DNA from: Laetmonice hystrix
Lineage: Eukaryota
Length of the DNA stretch: 64,000 nt
Assembly: GCA_965235115.1 (NCBI GenBank)
Contig: OZ249436.1
Span: forward strand, 21,392,001-21,456,000
Reading direction: 5' to 3'
The notes under the pieces were generated by a model. The model was not told the origin of the DNA. It did not search any database and saw nothing but the letters and a program-made list of their open reading frames with translations. Below are positions 41,619 through 52,513 of the stretch, piece by piece. Made by a program: the position numbers and the translations under genes. The stretch's first letter is position 1; each line of letters starts with the position of its first letter.

Positions 41619-44600
41619 TGCATGGCAAAAAGGGATTAAATAGGCCTACATGTACTTTCGAACAAGGGAACTTAAAGGGACTCCGTCAATTCCCCCAACC
41701 GCCGTGGCAAACCGGCGTGGCTGCATGTGTGGAACGAAGGAATACAATTACCGATGGCACACGCTGCTCCGTATTACAACTACATGCGCAGTTGTTTTCC
41801 TTCCAATTTATTACGAGATTGCAGGTAAATCTAGGTTGTTTAATATGAGAGGGGGTCGATTTTGTGGCTAATTATTATTGATAGGGCCCCTTTAACTGCA
41901 TAAAAAAGTAAATTGCACAATTCTCATTCTTATTTGTTTCAACATCCAGACAAACTAAAGATGGTCGTGTTATACATAGTGCAAATCAGTGGACATATAT
42001 GAAGAGTGTGTAAACCGCGGAGGGGGAGGGGGCGTATACAGCGGCTCTGTTCGCGCCGTGTTACAATAGAATGTACTGCCGTACTGTAATAATATTATAA
42101 TAACTCTAGATTGTAATCTAACGCGAGGGTGTCGTGAAGAAAAGTCCCCAAACCCTCAAGCGCCCAACCCCATCCCGCGTACACGCAGCCACAGAAATAT
42201 CTGCGTATTGTAATCCTAATATTTCCTCGGGTATACATTATCAACCAAATATATTTCTTATTCTTGGATCATTCAGAACTTCACTGGACCTTCCATCTTT
42301 CGGCCATCGATATGATCGAAAATGTAAAATAACAAAGTTAATGTGCCCATCAATATTTCTTCCCTTCTCATGCACATTCTGACAGTTAACTGGGGCAAAA
42401 CGAAATAAATTATATGAGCTATTATATTTGACATCGAAATTATAGAGCCCTAATTTATGGTATACCGAATATAATATGGCCGTCACTCATCAGTATTTCC
42501 CAATGTTGTAAGGAGCGGCATTGCTGTTATTGGTTTGTTGTTGTTGCTTTATTTTATTACATTTACGCATTTATTTATTTTTTAATTTCCGTCTCTCGGC
42601 CTAAAAATACAACATATTATTGTAGATAGACGTCAAGGTCGTATCATTCTAGTTAGTAAACTGCCAGTTGCTAAAGTTATTGGGATTTCTCCCACACTAT
42701 ACAATCATTCTCATTTATGGAACTAAGGAAAAGAACATTAGGTTCGTGATTTTATTCATGTCTCTTGCATCATTAACAGTATCCGTTATAAGAGAGGTAC
42801 AAGGAACAGTTGTCTACGTACACACATACACATTCGCTAAAGCACGCGTAGACCTATATTACGAACATCATGTCCAAATTACTCTTCCACTAGCACTTAA
42901 TTCGAAAGCACTTATTTAAGAGAGAATGTAAATATACAATGTGCCATATACAGTCATGTCAGGACAAATCCTAATGATTAAATTCAAATTATGTTGGTGT
43001 TTTCCATGAGAGAATACATGATGCCTCACCCTGTGGATGGCATACAGTTTGGGTAGGAGGGGACGTGGTGGCTCCATATACCAGCGCCTGCTAGCCTGCA
43101 TTACCGGAAGATAAATCCGCTTACCAGCTTACATGGATGCTCATCTGGGACATGACAGTGCCATGATCCGAGTCGCCACACCTGGCTGCCGCCCACCCAA
43201 TTCTCCACTATTTTTTCTTCTCCCACCCCGGCCTTCCCCATCCCCCCTACACAATACGTTTCCCCTGGATTAGTTCTTTTTCAGGTTTGCGTTCGTAATT
43301 GATTCCTATCTCTGTCCTCTGCGTTTTATCTTTTGTGTTTTTATGTCCATCGTTAATGCCAATTGCACGGACGCTCGCCATCGGATGAAGAGCAACATGT
43401 CCTGGTCGAACAGGATTACTTCTCCAACGCTTTTGTTAGCGACAATCTTGCAATCTGTGGGTTAGAATATTGCATATCGGGAGCTTCTTTGTATCTCCCC
43501 TGAAGTCTGAATTCCTCGAGTCCACGCTAAAGTGATCAAAGTCGGCAGCACAAAGCCGACAGCTCGTTCCGGGTATTTAAACAGACAATGTCCTTTGTTA
43601 TGAGGACTCATCATCTCTTCTATTGTCAACAGATGCCTCTATTCGAGTAGTTGGCAGCCACACATTAACTTGGCCGTAATGAGTCGAACGGCGGGCTGGC
43701 ATTACGGGACCTTTAGCTCCTAATTGTTTTGGCCTTGGTATAATTACATTAATTCGTCAAGCAGAAAGTTCGTGAAACACACAGGTGGTTAGCTTTAAGT
43801 TTACTTGCTTGACCCTGGGTTTAGTTTGGAGTCGTCCAATAAGTTTGCTGGTTCTTTGATCTGAAGGAACATGAGAAAACGGTCAAAGTCCTATAGAATC
43901 TTCTGGCTTTTACGTATAATCTTATAGCTATACAGGCATAAGACTCCTATACCTATACCTATACCATGTGCACGCATGTACAATAATACGTCCTAAGCTG
44001 CAGGTAAGGATGCACTTCGCGGACACTTCTTTTTTATTCTTCTCTATTCCTTTTTATTTATTTTTTAAATATTTTGTTTGTATTCTTTTATCAAACACAT
44101 TTTAAGCCCACAGTTATCAAGATAACGGCAGAGCTTTGTAGTGTCGCATTATGAAAAACTTAACAATGATGTTGCCGTGTCAAAGTCGCGTTTATATTTT
44201 GAAAGTGTACATTCATGCATGGAGTGTAGCCTACTTTGAACGAGAAGCCTACGATATCATGTAGGCCTATGGTACAATGTCTATCCCACAAACATTAATC
44301 TCCTTTTACGTTTCGGTTTGTCTAATCTGCAAGGAATCCAACTCGTGGTTATTAGTCATTTGGATTGGGAAAATTTATGATCCTATTATCTCCCATATTC
44401 ACGTTTGATATTAATTTTATAGGTATAGGCCTATAACTATTCTAACTTTGACTTTCCCGCATAAATGTAGGCCCATTTATCTATTAATAATCGATTTTGA
44501 TTTTCTCCGGCCTTTCTCCAATCCGAGACCTTATCTACGCCAGTTTAGGCCTATTGTACTACTAGTAGGCCTATATCAAACTCATATCCCATCGCGTCCA

Positions 44601-46679
44601 ATTAGAATTGACAATAAATCAAGTAAGCCCATGCAAGCCTATGACATTATGACCCTTCCAATAAAAAAAAGGTGTCCAGGTTCCTTTTTCTGAGACACTA
44701 ACTTGACGAGCCGATTAACTTCACGATGCATTTAACCACAAAGCGGATGTCCCTCCGTGTGACCTTTCCTGGTCCCATTTGGCCAGAGGTATCCCCTAGT
44801 TTAGGACAAAGGGCACATTAGTATAGCGGGTCCAGACATGGAAAAGCTCATACTATCATGACCGGACCAGAGGGGCGTCAATGAGTGGGTTGTCTCTGTT
44901 CCTGTGCAGAGGATTATGGGAATCTCGCGTGACACGAGGATGTGTGTGTGTTGGGTAAAGGTCGTGCCGACCGGTTTGCATATTGTTGGTGTATCACTCC
45001 GCCAGCTCCTGTCGCACGTGTCTAACGGACGTGACAATATGGTACACATCACCTTCAATAGATCTCTCCGCCAACACTCGTCCCTGCTTACATTAATCTG
45101 ATTATCAGGACGTGCGTACTTACCTGATCCACCTGTATAACGCTGACGTCATAATGACGGGTTCTCCTTACACTCTGACATTGTTGTGGTTTAGGTAAAT
45201 GAGAAAGTCAATCATCCCGCGCAAAACAGATACGTCAACTATACAAAAAGGAGCTGGCAGATTACAATGCGCTTAGCGAAACGTTCCCACGAGGGGCGAA
45301 AGGCGTCCAGACGCGTTATTGTGCATAATACATGATGTTTTGCCCCCCAAAGACCTCTGTCAGAATAACCATCTGTGCCTGTGCGTGTCTTTAAATGCAC
45401 CCTACCTCACTGATTCTTACGCACAAACCCGTGACAGATAAATGCCACAGTAGCTGCGCACTTAGAGGGTGACATACACACCTTTGGTATTGTCTGTCTC
45501 TTTTAGCCTGGGGCTTCCTCGAATATTATTCAAACATGCAACTTAGCCACACAATTTTCAGCGAGTGATATCGAATGAAAGAGTGACAATTACCTTCAAT
45601 TCACATCATAGAGGTGTAAGCTCAGCCCAACGTGTAACGGTCATTTCCATTCCCACGAGAAAATTATTTGGACCCTATAGCTACAGTCTCATTTACACAA
45701 CTAAATAATTTTCATAGAGAATTCAATTCATAGACGGTGACGAAAGGGTACCAATAGGGCTATAGGGTATCAATGTAAATTCTGGCAAACTGTGTTTTGC
45801 CTATATTAGCATGTGAAAGTTGAGCTCTTTCTAAATTATAGTAATGGGGTAAGGATAAGGACATACGATACTTTCTCAACAAACCCCAACACTTCGACCT
45901 TGTGATCATGTTCCTCGGAAATAAATGTCTTGTCTTATTCAAAAAATAAAAAAAATAATGAATGATAAAATGAATAAAATAAGCGAATAAATTTAATTTA
46001 ACATACGGTGGGCCTCCATGTAGGCCTATGCAGTGCGCCACCTGGCTGCGACCAACAGGCCTAATAGCTGGGCCTAATATAGGCCTATAGGCCTAGATCT
46101 ACATCATTTAAACTATAATCCTAGGCCCCCTATATAGAGAAAATGCAGGCACATATTATTTAGGGCCTATTCCTAAATTCTTCTTCGCTCTATAGATCTA
46201 GATTTCTTTCTTTTCTTTTCTTTTGTTATGAATTATTTACGAATCCAGGCCCGGAACGAGTCTCGAAAAGCTGCGGTATGGGGACCGTGGGTCTTACCTG
46301 GCCGTTGTGCCCAAGTCCAAGGAGAGGTCTGCGCCCCCCTCTCTTAGGTTGGGATAGGCCAGATCTTCTACATGCACGTGTCCATGGTCATGACCAAAAA
46401 AAGGTCTATATCTATAGGTCTTAAGCTGTTGGTCTGCCCCGAACGATTTTTGACTGGGCCTACTGTGGTGTATAAGCCTACGTTTTGACGCGTGCACTGT
46501 TTTATTTTCGCGTTTAAAAAAAGGTGAAATCAAGAAAATGTCGACTAAAAACTTAGAACTGAAGAGGCGGCGGTAGATTATAGGCCTATTTGATATCTCA
46601 CGCTCTCCGGTATTATCAGATCCAAAGCATATTTTAAAAAAGGCGAATTCTAGGTTGAATCCTGCCAAATCAAAATTAC

Positions 46680-46990
46680 CTGCAGTAGGCCTGCTATAGG
46701 CCTAGGCCGGTAGCCTTTTTAAAGGCCTAGACTCTCGATACGACCTAAATACCCAACCGTTTAACAGTTTCCAGACTGACTTTTAAGAATAAGCCTGATG
46801 TAATGCCCACCCAAACCTATGCCAGGAAACTTCTCGTACGGCTAGGCCTCATACCCCGGGCCGTCCCGCCCGGCGTTCTCAAAATGTAGCAGACGATCCG
46901 AGGTCGCTGAAAGCCGTCCGTCTACAACGCCATCTGTCGGGAAACAACGCAAGACTAAAAATGGCACAATCCACAAGAGGGCACAAAAGC
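46680..46990. promoter_or_regulatory. CpG-rich promoter-like segment, possibly driving a divergent minus-strand transcript
   Basis: GC box (cccgccc), GTAGCAGACGA, CTCF-like CAACGCCATCTGTCGG, flanking TAGGCCTA clusters; minus-strand donor cag|gtaatt near 46680 and cag|gtaaga near 46298. Confidence 0.45.
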
Positions 46991-47696
46991 AATCTTATTA
47001 AAAGTATCTCGCCGTTGATTTTGTTTGGCGGTGATGGTAGGCCGTGGGCCCCAGGTACTAAATGTGGCTAGAAATCGATTTTCGTGACCATACCCGAGAG
47101 ACTACTTGAAATTGGAAGTTTCTAGACAATTCCGACCTGTGGAACCCGAATTTGATTGTTGTCAAGTCCAAATCTTGCACAATACGGAGCTAGATGACTT
47201 TTTGTGTAAAAATCTCCTTTTTTGAAATTCGTCTCAAATTCAATGAAATTGCTAATAACGTCAAAGATATTGCAGAGGGAGCCTTCAAACTTGTTATGTC
47301 GTGACCTAGGACATAGGGCAAGACATTAAATGGACAAAAATAGTGAAACTCCAGGTCTCGATAAACGAAAACGAGTTTTTTTGGGAAAAAATGCGTTTTT
47401 GCATTTTTTTATTTAAAAAATTTTAAAAAGGCACCAAATGCAGTGATAATTTTTTTCTGTCAATACGAATCTGATCCTTATAACATGACACAGTTTTTGG
47501 TAAAGTTTCATGAAATTTGACATACAAATAATATTTTTAAAAAATCCTTAGCATCACTCGTCGCATTATAATTGCAATGTATGCCTATTTTCATATTTAA
47601 AAGCCGGAAAACCACCACAGCAAAAGTGCGAGGTGAGCGTCCTCTACACATTAAAGTCACGTGTGCATGTCTTGATACCTATTTGATATGCAAATA

Positions 47697-47960
47697 CAGT
47701 GACGTAGCCACCATTGGGTGTACCCGGCGTACGCCCCCCCCCCCCCCCCCCATTTGTTGGCCTAGCATTTGTAAAATATAGGCCTACTGGGTTCATGCAT
47801 TAAAAAAGTCCTAAAAACATACCTTTAAATCTTACTGTTTGCAGAATGTATCAGATAGCCTGCAATAGGATCCTACATTTTAAATCTTTCGGGGGGGGGG
47901 CATACCCCCAGGTGTACACCCTTACGCCCCCCCCCTGGTGGATTTCTAGCTACCTCACTG
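47697..47960. mobile_element. MITE with CAGTGACGTAGC TIRs
   Basis: CAGTGACGTAGC...GCTACCTCACTG; GGTGTAC..TACGCCCCCC appears near both ends. Confidence 0.65.
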
Positions 47961-48049
47961 AAATAAGAGTGCCAGTCGCAGGGATAGGCTATTGTTAGAC
48001 GCTCTATTGCTGGGTCTTTTGTTTTGCGACTCACTGACGTGTGAAGAAA

Positions 48050-49050
48050 ATGTAAATAGCCTAGCCCCTGCCCCTCCCCCTCCGGGATTTTTGGGCAGGC
48101 TACGGCCCTGGTTTGTATAGCATGTCAACATTGACAAGTGCTATTTATAAAAGTGCTATTTACACATATTATATATGATAGCCTCAGACATAGGCCTACA
48201 ACCTAATAGCTTTCAATGTGTATTATTACAATGCTACTTTTCTCTTCTTCATCCCAGAGAAATGTTTTATAACAGTTTCGATATTCACCCTCATATCAAC
48301 CCCCCCCCCCCCCCCCCGTTATACAATTATGCAATAAGCTATTAGGCTTCTTTTACCAGGCTCAGTTTCCCACCATGATATTTCAAATTTTCCGCAGAAA
48401 TTTCCCCAAACTTTCCCAAAATACTTCCAGGGCCCGGGCAGACGCGGACTAGGATTTTTTCAAGGGGGGGGGGGGTCCAGTAGGCGCTTATAATTGGTGG
48501 CTCTGAGGGGGATTAAACCCCCTAAACCCCCCTGGATCCGCCAGTGCAGGGGGGTATGAAGTCTGCCCCCTGCTCTCGGTAGCTTGCGCCAACGGGGGGG
48601 GGGGGGTGCCAAGGGTGGGGGTTGTGGGGCGGGGGGCGGGGGGCGGGTTGTGTATGTTTTGCGTGAATTTTCAACTCGGCAGGAGAACAGAAAAATTAGG
48701 CCTACTTTGTAAGGGGGGGGGTTGCAACCATGGAATCCACTTCAAATGTTGAATCTCCAGCAAGGGCCTCATTATTTCAGGGGCGTAGGAAAAGGGGGCC
48801 CATGCCCCCCCCCCCCTTTGAAATGTGGGGGGCAGAGCGTATCTTTTGCCCCCCCCCCCCCCCCCCCCGTTTTAATCAGAAAAACTTGAACGTCCCTGCC
48901 ATATAGGCCTAGGCCTATAGCCTAGGCCTAGGCCTACCTTATTTTGTGTTCTAAAATGCACCAGATGTCGCCAAAATAACCGGAAATTTAAAAAAAAAAT
49001 TCAGGGAGAGCATAGCCCCGGACCCCTTAGGCCTTAGCTAGGTCTACGCT
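48050..49050. mobile_element. Nest of fragmented hAT-like MITEs with poly-G/poly-C tracts
   Basis: Several CAGGGGCGTAG / GCTACGGCCCTG / CTGGATCCGCCAGTG termini and G/C homopolymers; boundaries uncertain. Confidence 0.5.
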
Positions 49051-49085
49051 TCGCGCCTTCGGCGCTCATGAGGCATCCATATCAG

Positions 49086-49252
49086 GCAGACGATCGGTGG
49101 TCAGTCTGTAGCTGGTCCTCTCTGAAGGCTTACAGCGCCGTCTGTCGGGAAACAGCGCAAGAATAAAATCCACGAGAGGGCGTAAGAGTAGCTTCGAGTG
49201 ATTTGTTTGCCAGCGAACTGATGCCGGAGGAATAGAGGGTGACGAAGTGCCT
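49086..49252 (+). promoter_or_regulatory. Probable TSC2 promoter and non-coding first exon
   Basis: CpG-rich patch with GCAGACGA and a CTCF-like CAGCGCCGTCTGTCGG, ending in a consensus donor ct|gtaagt at 49252/49253. Coding exon 1 has an acceptor upstream of its ATG, so an upstream exon is required. Confidence 0.55.
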
Positions 49253-49758
49253 GTAAGTGCAACTAACCAATATTCTTAACCAGTGCATTTATATCAAATA
49301 TAGCTATAGCTTTATTGCACAAAAATGCTAGTGCTGTAACAGCATAAGATTCATTGCATGGAAGATTTTTATCGTGGAAAGGTTGCAAAGCAAACACGAT
49401 TTAGGTGAATGTTGAAATCCCTGCTATTATCGCCCAGATGTTTTTTTTTTATAGGAAAATCCAGGGCTCAGGGGACATATCGACAGCTGATTGGTGTTTA
49501 CCTTGTCACTGACTGTCTGTAGGTGACTGTTTGCCGATTGTCAGCTGCTGGTTACATAGAGCAGTCAGTACTGCCGATACCTAGCCGGTGTCGACCTTCA
49601 GCTGCGTCTGTTCTTTGCGCCTGTCAAAGTGTCGCGTTGATCCTCACATTACTCGGTCACTGACACTGGCCAACCAAGTGAGTGTGACACTTGGCAGACT
49701 ATGTCATGTGTGACGTTGGTTATCCGTCCGCAGTCTCTCAGACTATTAGGTGTGTCAT

Positions 49759-50101
49759 ATACAAAACAGCAACGAAAAATGGCTGGGATTTTACATAGCC
49801 TTCTAGTGTAGGGTGTCGGATGGGTGTCAGACTCCATGTCCCATGCGCGCCATGTCCCAGACTCCATGTCCCACTTACCCCCTGTCAGGTAGTCAAATCA
49901 ACGGGCGGCAGTCACCCATGTTCCCGATATGGGAGTCCACAGGTGGCGGTCTTTAGATGGGGCCAGACGTGCCAATTTGGTCGATCGATCTCAGTTACTG
50001 GGAGTTTAAATTAACAGGAATTCGTCGTATACCCTCCGACTAATGAAATGGTTGCTAAAAACTTTGATTTAAAAGGAGAAATATCGACTGGAGAATGAAA
50101 T
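49759..50101 (+). repeat. 343-bp direct repeat, copy 1
   Basis: Identical on reading to 50890-51232 (offset 1131). The ORF track shows the same peptide at 49820 and 50951. Confidence 0.95.
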
Positions 50102-50889
50102 CATGTAACCAGTCGATATGGCCCAGGACCATTATGGCCCAGACGATATGGCCCAGGGTACAGGACGATATGGCCCAGGGTACCAGTCGATATGGCCCAC
50201 GGTTCCGGTCGATATGGCCCAGGTAGTTTGACTATATGGCCCACTCTGACTCTCACTCAGTGGTGAGGAGTCGGGGGGGGGGGGGGTCTGGGTCTGGGAC
50301 AGGGAGTCAGCCTGCAGGGGGCCGGAGTCGGGGGGGGGGGCTGCATGGGGCGGGTAGTCAGGGGCCCTGTGGACGGGAGTCGGGGGGGGGCTGCATGAGG
50401 CGGGGAGTCAGGGGGCCTGGGACAGGGAGTCGGGGGGGCTGGGACGGGGAGTCGGGGGGCTTCCGTAGGCCTTCAAGACCACTGGTAACATTTTGGTCGG
50501 GTGGGGGGGGGGGGGGGGGGGGGGCGCACCGACGGTTGACACCCATTGCACCCATATGGTCATCATGCGTGTGACTGGCAACTGTAGTGTAAAGTAGAAG
50601 TCTAGAGGGGTTCGTCTAGAGCCAAAGGCCCGATTGATATGGCTACACTACACGGCCTACATGTTAGAAAATTTCTTTCTTTACAGAACATTAACACAAA
50701 AAGTTGAGTCTCTTGGGCATGACATTGCATTATGGGTCAAAATCTCAAGTTATATAAAAGATGGGCCATATAGACCCACTGGATGGGCCATATCGACCGT
50801 GGACCATACAGACCCAGGGCCATATCGACTGGGAGTGGGCCATATCGTCCATGGGCCATATCGACCTTGGGCCATAACGACTGGCATTC
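50102..50889. mobile_element. Foldback-type (MuDR/Rehavkus-like) non-autonomous element with a G-rich core
   Basis: The left arm has about 7 tandem CGATATGGCCCA motifs and the right arm about 6 inverted TGGGCCATA motifs. Termini are CCAGTCGATATGGCCC / GGGCCATAACGACTGG. GGGAGTCGGGG repeats lie at 50266-50525. Confidence 0.7.
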
Positions 50890-51232
50890 ATACAAAACAG
50901 CAACGAAAAATGGCTGGGATTTTACATAGCCTTCTAGTGTAGGGTGTCGGATGGGTGTCAGACTCCATGTCCCATGCGCGCCATGTCCCAGACTCCATGT
51001 CCCACTTACCCCCTGTCAGGTAGTCAAATCAACGGGCGGCAGTCACCCATGTTCCCGATATGGGAGTCCACAGGTGGCGGTCTTTAGATGGGGCCAGACG
51101 TGCCAATTTGGTCGATCGATCTCAGTTACTGGGAGTTTAAATTAACAGGAATTCGTCGTATACCCTCCGACTAATGAAATGGTTGCTAAAAACTTTGATT
51201 TAAAAGGAGAAATATCGACTGGAGAATGAAAT
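50890..51232 (+). repeat. 343-bp direct repeat, copy 2
   Basis: Identical on reading to 49759-50101. Confidence 0.95.
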
Positions 51233-51299
51233 GTACACTTGGGACATGGAGTCTGACATACTGGGACATGGCGCGCATGGAACATAGAGTCGCTCACCC
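50953..51299. mobile_element. Older MITE-like element with CATGTCCCA-rich inverted ends
   Basis: GGGTGTCAGACTCCATGTCCCATGCGCGCCATGTCCCAG is mirrored by CTGGGACATGGCGCGCATGGAACATAGAGTCGCTCACCC; a further diverged direct copy lies at about 51315-51500. Confidence 0.55.
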
Positions 51300-52333
51300 T
51301 GTCGGATATATCATGTGCGCCATGTCCCAGTCCCAGACTCAATGTCCCACTCACCCTGAGTCAGGTGGTCAACTCAACAGGCGGCAGTCACCCATGTTCC
51401 CAAAACAAGAGTCCACAGGTCTTCAGATGGGGCGGACATGCCAATTTGGTTGATCAAAAATATAGTGAAAAAACTCTTTTGTGCACACAAAATAACAGAA
51501 ATTCTTCACAATATCCGTTGACTAATAAAATGATTGTACGGAACGTGGAGTCTCTTGTCCGACAGTTAGATCTGAATGTGTCGGTGTGTTGACCCTGAAA
51601 TGTAAAATCATGAGCAATCTTACTCCAACAAGTTAGAGTCCTAGTCCTTACAGCCATACTGTTTAGAAATGTAACTAAATCAATCTATGCCTGACGGTGG
51701 CAGCAATTTGGCTGACAAAACACTTTAAACAGATACATTGTACATGTAATGCTGATAGCTACACAACCAGCACTGGCACACTGCATAGATCAACAAGAAG
51801 ATACAGACTGCCACTGTTGGCCACCCTTCCGTATACTTAACCATAATCCATAATCCAGCGAATGATGCCCTGGATTGCCTGGCCAATACCAAGTGAGGGT
51901 GGATGATGCCTTGACTACTTGAGGAAGCATGGTATAAGTCTATAACTGCAAGAAGGCACACTATGCACTGAGGCACATTTTATTGTCAGCTTTTATCTAC
52001 CCATTCAGCCCATTGAGTTAATTAGAATTACATTTGGTCCAAGTAATCTTTGGAAATGAAGTTGAACATGAAGTGTAGCAGAAATAGCTAGGGGTGGGAT
52101 GATATCGCGGATGCTGAGGTACTGGTATGTCAGAACTTTATGGAGTACAGGAAATTGGGCTTTTGATCTGTATTTGTGCTATCCAGGTCTAGCACAAGTG
52201 ACAGTAGTTTGAATAAGTTGTATTCACTCATAGCTTTAACATAGATTTGTTGGTCAGTTGATTTTTAAACCTGTATTTGATATTTCAGAGGTTCATGCAA
52301 CCTCTGCACGGAGAGCTGGAAATCTATGCCAGC

Positions 52334-52513
52334 ATGTCCAAGCAATCAACAGGGAAGGCTGCGGTTGGGCGGCCATCATCCCGACCAGAGGAGAGCAAGT
52401 TGGACAAGATAAAGCACTTTCTTGGTATCGGAAGTGGAAAGCCAGGCAGTTTCCCGAGCCACAACATCAGGCAACCCACCCGGGAATTCATTTTCACACC
52501 AGACGTTCTGAAG
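52334..52513 (+). CDS. TSC2: TSC2 coding exon 1 (exon begins about 52289)
   Basis: tatttcag acceptor; MSKQ...[12 protein letters not shown]...[10 protein letters not shown] resembles the tuberin N-terminus; donor aag|gttgtc. Confidence 0.85.

Noticed and set aside
45116..45127. ACTTACCTG as the 5' end of U1 snRNA
   Set aside because: The downstream sequence does not match U1. It is simply the complement of a consensus splice donor.
7515..46668. Short minus-strand ORFs ending in Arg-stop as a set of same-phase alternative coding first exons
   Set aside because: Any AG|GTAA or CG|GTAA read in phase 2 gives Arg-stop, so the shared pattern is a selection artefact. The peptides have no recognisable similarity.
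1..49000. NTHL1 head-to-head with TSC2, as in vertebrates
   Set aside because: I found no exon with endonuclease III motifs (HhH or the Cys-rich Fe-S cluster) on the minus strand in this interval.
49759..51232. LTR retrotransposon, TRIM or KolobokP-type terminal direct repeats
   Set aside because: The repeats lack TG...CA or TTAA-AG termini, PBS/PPT and an outer TSD. They cut through an older MITE, and the interior has its own inverted arms.
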